This document shows positions 58,178 to 64,000 of a stretch of 64,000 nt of DNA, in pieces. The stretch comes from an uncultured Opitutus sp. (GTDB taxonomy: Bacteria > Verrucomicrobiota > Verrucomicrobiia > Opitutales > Opitutaceae). The translations under genes and the position numbers were made by a program. The stretch covers positions 57 to 64,056 of the forward strand of contig CAYOSX010000001.1 in the NCBI GenBank assembly GCA_964406745.1. Direction: 5' to 3'. Positions within the stretch are counted from its first letter, which is position 1. Each line of letters opens with the position of its first letter. The notes under the pieces are model-generated. The model was not told the origin of the DNA and searched no databases. It worked only from the letters and a program-made list of their open reading frames with translations.

Positions 58178-59404
58178 ATGATCCGCATCAACGAAAACTA
58201 CCTGAAGCTCAAGGCTTCGTACCTCTTCTCGGATATCGCCAAGCGCGTCTCCGCCTATACGCAGGCCAATCCCGACAAGCCTGTCATTCGCCTGGGCATC
58301 GGCGATGTCACCGAGCCCCTGCCGCAGGTTTGCATCGAGGCCCTCCATGCCGGGGCCGACGAGCTCGCCAATCGTGCGACCTTCAAGGGCTACGGTCCCG
58401 AGCAGGGGTACGCCTTCCTGCGTGAAGTCATTGCGCAAAACGACTACGCGGCCCGTGGCTGCAAGATCGACGCGGACGAGATATTCGTGTCGGACGGCTC
58501 GAAGTGCGATTGCGGCAACATCCAGGAAATCTTCGCGACGGAAGGGCTGAAGCTCGCGATTCCGGATCCGGTGTATCCGGTTTATGTCGACACGAACGTG
58601 ATGGCCGGGCGCACCGGGCCCAATCTCGACGGCCGTTATTCAGGCATCACCTACCTCGAGTCGACCCCGGGCAATGGTTACGTGCCCTCGATCCCGACGG
58701 AGGCGACGGACCTCATCTACCTTTGCTTCCCCAACAATCCCACGGGGGCGGTTGCCACGCGGGAGCAACTCGCCGCTTGGGTCGCCTACGCACGGGCGAA
58801 CAAGGCGATCATTCTCTTCGACAGCGCCTATGAGGCCTACATCCGCGACCCGAAGATTCCGCATAGCATCTACGAGATCGACGGCGCGCGCGAGTGTGCG
58901 ATCGAGTTCCGCAGTTTTTCGAAGACGGCTGGATTCACCGGGACCCGTTGCGCGTACACGGTGGTGCCGAAGTCGCTCATGGCCTACGATGCGGCCGGCG
59001 GTGCGCATGCCGTCCATGCGCTCTGGAACCGCCGTCACACGACGAAGTTCAATGGGGTTTCCTATCCGGTGCAAAAGGCCGCCGCCGCGATCTACACCGA
59101 GAAAGGCAAGGCTCAGGTCAAGGCGATGACCGACGCCTACCTGGTCAATGCGTCCCTCATCCGTGATGCCGTGACCAAGCTCGGCTACGCATGCGTCGGC
59201 GGGGACAACGCGCCCTACATCTGGATCAACACCGGGCGCGATTCCTGGGAGTTCTTCGATCTCCTTCTCAACAAGGCGCAGGTCGTCTGCACGCCTGGCG
59301 CCGGCTTCGGCAAGTGTGGCGAAGGGCATGTGCGCATCAGCGCCTTCAATAGCCGCGAGAACGTGGAGAAGGCGCTCGAGCGCATCGCCGCGGCCTTGAA
59401 GTAA
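58178..59404 (+). CDS. dapL: LL-diaminopimelate aminotransferase
   Basis: [24 protein letters not shown]......P....I.LGIGDVT.PL; ...SFSK.AGFTG.RC.Y.VVP... characteristic of DapL (found in the PVC superphylum, cyanobacteria and plants). Confidence 0.9.
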   Translation: MIRINENYLKLKASYLFSDIAKRVSAYTQANPDKPVIRLGIGDVTEPLPQVCIEALHAGADELANRATFKGYGPEQGYAFLREVIAQNDYAARGCKIDADEIFVSDGSKCDCGNIQEIFATEGLKLAIPDPVYPVYVDTNVMAGRTGPNLDGRYSGITYLESTPGNGYVPSIPTEATDLIYLCFPNNPTGAVATREQLAAWVAYARANKAIILFDSAYEAYIRDPKIPHSIYEIDGARECAIEFRSFSKTAGFTGTRCAYTVVPKSLMAYDAAGGAHAVHALWNRRHTTKFNGVSYPVQKAAAAIYTEKGKAQVKAMTDAYLVNASLIRDAVTKLGYACVGGDNAPYIWINTGRDSWEFFDLLLNKAQVVCTPGAGFGKCGEGHVRISAFNSRENVEKALERIAAALK

Positions 59405-59426
59405 GGACGCGCAGGCCCTGGGGCAC

Positions 59427-59457
59427 AAAAAAGGCGCGCAGGAGAATCCTGCGCGCC
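59427..59457 (-). terminator. Rho-independent terminator of the small minus-strand gene (also sits after dapL)
   Basis: Minus strand: ggcgcgcagg-attct-cctgcgcgcc followed by TTTTTT, ~40 nt downstream of the stop at 59497. Confidence 0.75.
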
Positions 59458-59496
59458 CGCCAGGGCAAAAGGGAATTTGGGCGTCGGGGCCGTTCG

Positions 59497-59829
59497 TCAG
59501 ACCGTTTCCAACGCGGCTGGCTGGGAATCGTGCACCCAGAAGCGGAGGACGGTCAGGTGTTCAACCTTCACGTCGTAGCCCCATTCGGTGTCGGTCATCG
59601 TCACGCGACCCGGGCGGCCCGTCTCGCGAATCGACTTGGCCGAGAGCTCCGCAAACGACTTCGCCGCATTGAGGCGGGCGACGGCAAAGGCGGCTTCGAT
59701 GGAGGCGAAACGACCGCAGGGGACGACCTTCTGATTGGCTTTGCCTTGGGCATCCTGCTCCAACGAAAACTGCAAGACGGTGAAGGCGGTGGCGGAGGGT
59801 GTTTCGCGCGGTTCCATGATTAAAACCAT
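59497..59829 (-). CDS. Small hypothetical protein
   Basis: 110-aa ORF (or 106 aa from the second ATG) with its own terminator. No recognisable motif. Confidence 0.4.
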   Translation of the reverse strand: MVLIMEPRETPSATAFTVLQFSLEQDAQGKANQKVVPCGRFASIEAAFAVARLNAAKSFAELSAKSIRETGRPGRVTMTDTEWGYDVKVEHLTVLRFWVHDSQPAALETV

Positions 59830-59952
59830 AGCCCAAGCGCCGGGAAAAGGTAAGGAGATTTCCCTAGAAAACGGCCGGTATTATTACTTAGCCCGGTTGG
59901 GTAGTCCCCGCCCTTGCGAGCTTGCCGGAGACGCCCGCCCGGACCCCATGCA

Positions 59953-60612
59953 TCACTGCGACGTCGGCCTCGAATCGGGCAACTGGGCGACGACTTCATT
60001 CGCGAGATGGCCGACGGATTCGCTCAGCGCTTCCACCAAGCCTGCGTAATCGCCATTCCACGGTAGATCGGGCGCGATCACCACACGACGGGAGACCACA
60101 TTGCCGTGTTTCGCTTCAACGATTTCGACAACCGCTGCGAAGCGCGCGACGGCCTCGGGTGTCTCACGCGTGCCCTCGCAGCGAATCACCGTCACGCTGA
60201 TGTCATAGTCGCGCTCGCGATCAAAGGGGAACGGATGCGCATACACCCGGCCAACCGCCTCCGTGGCCGTGAGACGGGCTCGGAGCACGCGGGCGATTCC
60301 GGCTTCAAGGGGCTCCGCCCACCGGGCGAAATCTTCATAGACCACCTCGTTCCGTCCGTTTCGAACGACGAGTGAACGACTCTTGAGGTACGCCGGCAGT
60401 TCGACTGTGCGCAGGCCGAGACGCAGGGTTCCTTCCGGCGCGCCGGGCGACGAGGGCAGGCCCGGTCCGGTGAGCACAAAGAATCGCGTCGGATCGGGCG
60501 CGGGTTCGGGGATGATCTGGCAGCCGGTGAACAGGGAGGCCAGGGAGGCGGCGAGGCACGTAAACCAGAGGGGACGCAAACGGCGCAACGGGAAGGGGAC
60601 GGGAGCGGTCAT
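59953..60612 (-). CDS. PqiC/YmbA-like (DUF330) ABC-transport auxiliary lipoprotein
   Basis: Lipobox LFTGC. ...P.P.RFFVL......L.L..VELP.YL....LVVR.G.NEV.Y..F.RWAEPL..G..R.L...L is typical of PqiC. Overlaps the mlaD-like stop by 4 nt. Confidence 0.75.
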   Translation of the reverse strand: MTAPVPFPLRRLRPLWFTCLAASLASLFTGCQIIPEPAPDPTRFFVLTGPGLPSSPGAPEGTLRLGLRTVELPAYLKSRSLVVRNGRNEVVYEDFARWAEPLEAGIARVLRARLTATEAVGRVYAHPFPFDRERDYDISVTVIRCEGTRETPEAVARFAAVVEIVEAKHGNVVSRRVVIAPDLPWNGDYAGLVEALSESVGHLANEVVAQLPDSRPTSQ

Positions 60613-61634
60613 CGGGACGAGGGCGTTTCAGGAGGACGGCGTCCGGTCAGGAGCGCGCCGGGATTGCGTTCAAGGTAATCGGCGAGCCGTTGCACGGACT
60701 CGGCAGCAGCAGCGAGTTGATGAAAAGCCTGGTTGGCGCCGTCGCCGAGTCCCTGCTGCGCATTGACGAAGGCACCGAGCGAATCGAGCACGCGTTCGAA
60801 GGAAGCGAGCGAGTCGCGTACTTCGCCGAGCGTGGTGGTGAAGCCCTCCGCCGCCGGGTCGACCTGGGAGTCGATGTTGGCAATGAGCGCCCGCAGGTCG
60901 GCGACGGCGCCATTGACGTTTGTGAGCGTGTTCTTGATCTCCGGGTCGCTGGTCAACGTGGCCAGCGAAGTGCCTGCCTTCGTCCATTCGGCGACCAGCG
61001 CCTTGCTGTCGAGGTCCTTGAGGTGGCCGCGCACGTCTGCCAGCAATCCCTGCAACTCGCGCGACAAGCGTCCGAAGTCGACTTGATTGATGTTGGCGAG
61101 GATCTCCGTGAAGCTCGCCTGGAATTGCGAGATGGTCGAGGGCACGGCGGGAATAAGCGCGTAGCGTTCATCGCGGTCGACCTCCGGCAGGGGGAACTCG
61201 GTTTTGTCGAAGAAATCGAGCTCAACATAGAGGAGGCCGGTGGCGAGACCGATGACCCCCAACTGCGCGCGCAGTCCGCGATCGATCAGGCGTTCGAGTT
61301 CCGCACGGGAGGAAACATCGATGGGCGCGCCGCGCTCGTCGCTCAGGATGTTGCGGCTCAGTTCGCAGACCACGGCGACGACGGATTGGTTGGCCTCCTC
61401 GTTGTAGCGCAGGTTGATGCTCGCCACCCGACCGACGCGTACCCCGCGCAGCTTGACCGGCGAGCCGAGGTCGAGACCGTGGATCGTCTCGTCGAAGTAG
61501 ACGACGAAGCGCTGGGGCTTGGAAAAAAAGTTGACCCCGCCAAAGGAGAACAAGGCGATCAACCCGAGGCCGAGCGCACCCAGTACAAAGAAACCAACGA
61601 CTGCGGGACTGACCTTCGTTTTCACAGTGGGCAA
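60609..61634 (-). CDS. mlaD: MlaD/MCE-domain protein
   Basis: N-terminal TM helix, MCE domain (...F.....GL..GSPV.LRGV.VG.V..I.L...) and a long helical C-terminal region. Confidence 0.85.
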   Translation of the reverse strand: MPTVKTKVSPAVVGFFVLGALGLGLIALFSFGGVNFFSKPQRFVVYFDETIHGLDLGSPVKLRGVRVGRVASINLRYNEEANQSVVAVVCELSRNILSDERGAPIDVSSRAELERLIDRGLRAQLGVIGLATGLLYVELDFFDKTEFPLPEVDRDERYALIPAVPSTISQFQASFTEILANINQVDFGRLSRELQGLLADVRGHLKDLDSKALVAEWTKAGTSLATLTSDPEIKNTLTNVNGAVADLRALIANIDSQVDPAAEGFTTTLGEVRDSLASFERVLDSLGAFVNAQQGLGDGANQAFHQLAAAAESVQRLADYLERNPGALLTGRRPPETPSSR

Positions 61635-61644
61635 GGGAAGGGGA

Positions 61645-62460
61645 TTATCCGGGCGGACTCAATGAAGGGTTTGGAAAGTTTGGGCCGGGTTCTGCCGACG
61701 ACTCGTCTCCCCGGTTTAGAAAGGCGCGTACGCGCGGATTGGGCGATGACTCGAGCAAAGCACGCGGGGGACCTTCCGCGATGATGCCCTTCGACTCCTT
61801 GTCGAGCATGATCACGCGGTCTGCGATGCTGAAGATCGAGGCGAGTTCGTGGGAGACGACCACGCACGTCGTGCCGAGGGTTTCGCGGATCTCGATGATG
61901 AGTTCATCAAGGCTGCGCGACATCAGCGGATCCAGCCCGGCGGAGGGTTCGTCGAAGAACACGATCTGGGGGTCGAGCGCGAGTGCGCGCGCCAGCCCGG
62001 CCCGCTTCTTCATACCGCCGCTGATCTCAGAGGGATAGTAGTCTTCGTAGCCGCAAAGGCCGACCTGCGCCAGTTTGAGGCAGGCAAGCTCCTCGCGCTC
62101 GCGGCGCGTGAGCGGGGTGTACTCCTCGAGCGGAAGCATGACGTTCTCGCGCAACGAGAGCGACGACCAGAGTGCCCCGCTTTGGTAGAGGACGCCAAAC
62201 GTCTTGAGCAACTGCCGGCGCCGCGACGCGTCCGCGTCGATAAACGACTCGCCGAAGAAGCGCACGCCGCCGGCGAGCGGACGGTGCACGCCAATGAGGT
62301 TCTTGAGCAGCGTGCTCTTGCCGCAGCCCGACGCACCGATGATGAAGAACACTTCACCGCGACCGACGCTGAAGGTGACGTCTTCGAGGATGACGGTGCC
62401 GTCATACCCACACTGCAATCCGGTGACGTCGATGGCTGCTGGGTTGTCCACGGTGCTCAC
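61645..62460 (-). CDS. mlaF: ABC transporter ATP-binding protein (MlaF-like)
   Basis: Walker A GASGCGKSTLLK, signature SGGMKKRAGLARAL and Walker B IVFFDEPSAGLDP. Confidence 0.92.
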   Translation of the reverse strand: MSTVDNPAAIDVTGLQCGYDGTVILEDVTFSVGRGEVFFIIGASGCGKSTLLKNLIGVHRPLAGGVRFFGESFIDADASRRRQLLKTFGVLYQSGALWSSLSLRENVMLPLEEYTPLTRREREELACLKLAQVGLCGYEDYYPSEISGGMKKRAGLARALALDPQIVFFDEPSAGLDPLMSRSLDELIIEIRETLGTTCVVVSHELASIFSIADRVIMLDKESKGIIAEGPPRALLESSPNPRVRAFLNRGDESSAEPGPNFPNPSLSPPG

Positions 62461-63584
62461 CAGCCGAGAATGTTGAAGATCACCGCGTACAATGCATCGG
62501 CGACGATGATCAGGAGGATGGCGGTGACGACCGCCGAGGTGGCGGCGAGGCCGACGCCGGTGGCGCTTCGCTGCGCCTGCAGCCCGCGCAGGCAGCCGGC
62601 AAGGCCGACAATCAGGCCGAACGTGAGCGCCTTGATCAGGCCGGTGCTGATGTCCGACAGATCAATCATCGTCAGGGTCTCGACCCAGTAGGCGGTGGGC
62701 GGGATATCGAGGATGATGAGCGACACCGCCATGCCGCCGAGGATGCCGAGCCCGTTGGCGTAGAGTGCGAGCAAGGGCATCATGAGGCCCAGGGCGACAA
62801 TCCGCGGCATCACCAGAAAATCCACGGCGCGGATACCGAGCGTTTCCAGGGCGTCGATCTCCTCGTTGGCCTTCATGTTGCCCAGCGTCGCGGCGTACGC
62901 GGCACCCGTGTGGCCGGCGAGGACGATCGCCGTCATCACGGAACCCATTTCGCGCACCATCGTAAGGCCGACCAGATCCGCGACCCAGATGTCCGCGCCG
63001 AATTGCCGGAGGATGACCGCCCCCGTGTAGGCAAGGGTGAGGCCCACGAGAAAAGCGATGAGACTGACGATGGGCAGGGACATCGCCCCGCACTGCTGCA
63101 TCTCATAGACGCAGTCCCGCCAGCGGAACTTGTGCGGATGCTTGAGAAGATGAATCGAACTCAGGGTGCACTCTCCGACGAACTGGATGATCTCCCGGAC
63201 CTTCGCAGTCACGTCGGTCGCGGCGAGGCCGACGGAGGTCAGAAAGCCGGGCGAACGATCACGCGGGATGCGCGAGTCCCGCGTCGAGTCGAACTGGGCC
63301 AGCAGACGTCGTACGGCCGGGAGCAAGCCCTCGGCGTCGAACTCGCTCCCATGGGCTTCGCACCACAGGTTGGTTTCGTGCGCAAAGAGGACGACGGAGC
63401 TGTCCCAGCTCTCAATCTCACCCATCTCGATCGCCACGCGGGCAGGATGGCAACCGGCCAGCGTCTTAGCTGGAGAGGGTCGCTGGGCCGTGATCTGCCA
63501 CCGGCCGCCCAAGGCGAGCACCATGGCGTCAGCCTCGTGACGGACGGAAACCGTGGGACGAAGCTCGGCGGACGGTGCAGACAT
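62457..63584 (-). CDS. mlaE: MlaE-family ABC permease with N-terminal STAS/MlaB-like extension
   Basis: ATG at 63584. ~110-aa N-terminal soluble domain (..L.L.G.W............VAIEMGEIESWDSS.V), then the MlaE core (...REMG.V.TAI.LAG..GAA.AA.LG.M...EEIDAL...G...). The ORF-track start at 63731 overlaps the divergent HAD gene region. Confidence 0.85.
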   Translation of the reverse strand: MSAPSAELRPTVSVRHEADAMVLALGGRWQITAQRPSPAKTLAGCHPARVAIEMGEIESWDSSVVLFAHETNLWCEAHGSEFDAEGLLPAVRRLLAQFDSTRDSRIPRDRSPGFLTSVGLAATDVTAKVREIIQFVGECTLSSIHLLKHPHKFRWRDCVYEMQQCGAMSLPIVSLIAFLVGLTLAYTGAVILRQFGADIWVADLVGLTMVREMGSVMTAIVLAGHTGAAYAATLGNMKANEEIDALETLGIRAVDFLVMPRIVALGLMMPLLALYANGLGILGGMAVSLIILDIPPTAYWVETLTMIDLSDISTGLIKALTFGLIVGLAGCLRGLQAQRSATGVGLAATSAVVTAILLIIVADALYAVIFNILGW

Positions 63585-63669
63585 TGAGGTGAGGATCCAC
63601 GTCGTGTCCGGGCGGGCAAAGCCAAATTTCTTGCGGGCTCGTGCCGGGTGGGGGAGCGTCATCGATTTC

Positions 63670-64000
63670 ATGACGACCCGCACCGTCCTCTTCGACCTCG
63701 ACGGCACCCTCATCGAGCATCTGCCGGCCATCCATCGCAGCTACTCGCACACGCTCCCGCAGCTCGGGTTGGCTGCCCCCACCTACGAGCAGGTGAAGAG
63801 TGCCATTGGCGGTGGTCTGGAAAAGGCCATGCTTACGTTTGTCAGCGAAGCCCAGCTGCCGGAGGCCCTGCGAATCTATCGCGCCCATTGGGACGCCACG
63901 ATGCTGGAAGGTGCGAGCCTCATGCCGGGCGCACGCGAGCTGTTGGCAGGGCTGACTGCGCGCGGTGTGACGTGTGCGGTGTTCACCAATAAGTTCGGCG
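63670..64000 (+). CDS. HAD-IA family hydrolase (phosphoglycolate-phosphatase-like), 3'-truncated by window edge
   Basis: My own translation from the ATG at 63670 gives MTTRTVLFDLDGTLIEHLPAIHRSY...GARELLAGLTARGVTCAVFTNKFG (DxDGT motif I, T/S motif II). Not in the ORF track because it runs off the window. Confidence 0.8.
   Translation, partial: MTTRTVLFDLDGTLIEHLPAIHRSYSHTLPQLGLAAPTYEQVKSAIGGGLEKAMLTFVSEAQLPEALRIYRAHWDATMLEGASLMPGARELLAGLTARGVTCAVFTNKFG

Noticed and set aside
1-64000. Searched by eye for CRISPR repeats, tRNA/rRNA genes (T-loop GGTTCGAA-type motifs), transposase or integrase genes, inverted-repeat-bounded insertions and phage or defence-type gene sets.
   Set aside because: None found. 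The window is housekeeping core genome, and the only accessory-looking block is the aminotransferase triplet, which has no flanking mobility genes or repeats that I could detect. A computational scan (tRNAscan-SE, Infernal, ISfinder, defence-system HMMs) would be needed to exclude small elements.

Overview
GC-rich bacterial chromosomal core segment with about 70 protein genes and no rRNA, tRNA, CRISPR array or recognisable mobile element. Gene content (LL-diaminopimelate aminotransferase DapL, weak Shine-Dalgarno usage, many exported lipoproteins) suggests a PVC-superphylum or Verrucomicrobia-like organism; this is inference only. The centre (17.7-36.7 kb) is a contiguous str/S10/spc/alpha ribosomal-protein superoperon: rpsL-rpsG-fusA-rpsJ...rplO-secY-(adk-like)-map-rpsM-rpsK-rpsD-rpoA-rplQ. 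It lacks tuf, rpmD, infA and rpmJ, and it has a P-loop-less adenylate-kinase relic where adk normally sits. The left flank carries a truncated yebC, a metallophosphoesterase and a YgjP-like hydrolase. It also carries a hybrid histidine kinase whose N-terminal membrane domain closely resembles the plant/cyanobacterial ethylene-binding domain. Further left-flank genes are FKBP, ppnP, a ~1000-aa Sel1/coiled-coil/LysM envelope protein, a five-gene exported-protein module (glycine-zipper protein, LpoB-like, YcfL-like and two unknowns), a fused MFS/spermidine-synthase-like protein and DUF3817. The right flank carries guaA and hisD-hisC-hisB. Next come three tandem opposite-strand HisC-like aminotransferase paralogues, each with a signal peptide and its own -24/-12 (sigma54-type) promoter-like element. 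These are followed by hisH, gltA, pdxJ-acpS-nnr, recD2, nadB, panC, dapL, an Mla/Pqi-like lipid-transport operon and a truncated HAD phosphatase. The most interesting items are the exported transaminase triplet that splits the his genes, the ethylene-receptor-like kinase, the envelope lipoprotein module and the degenerate adk. Many long antisense ORFs in the six-frame track are high-GC artefacts.
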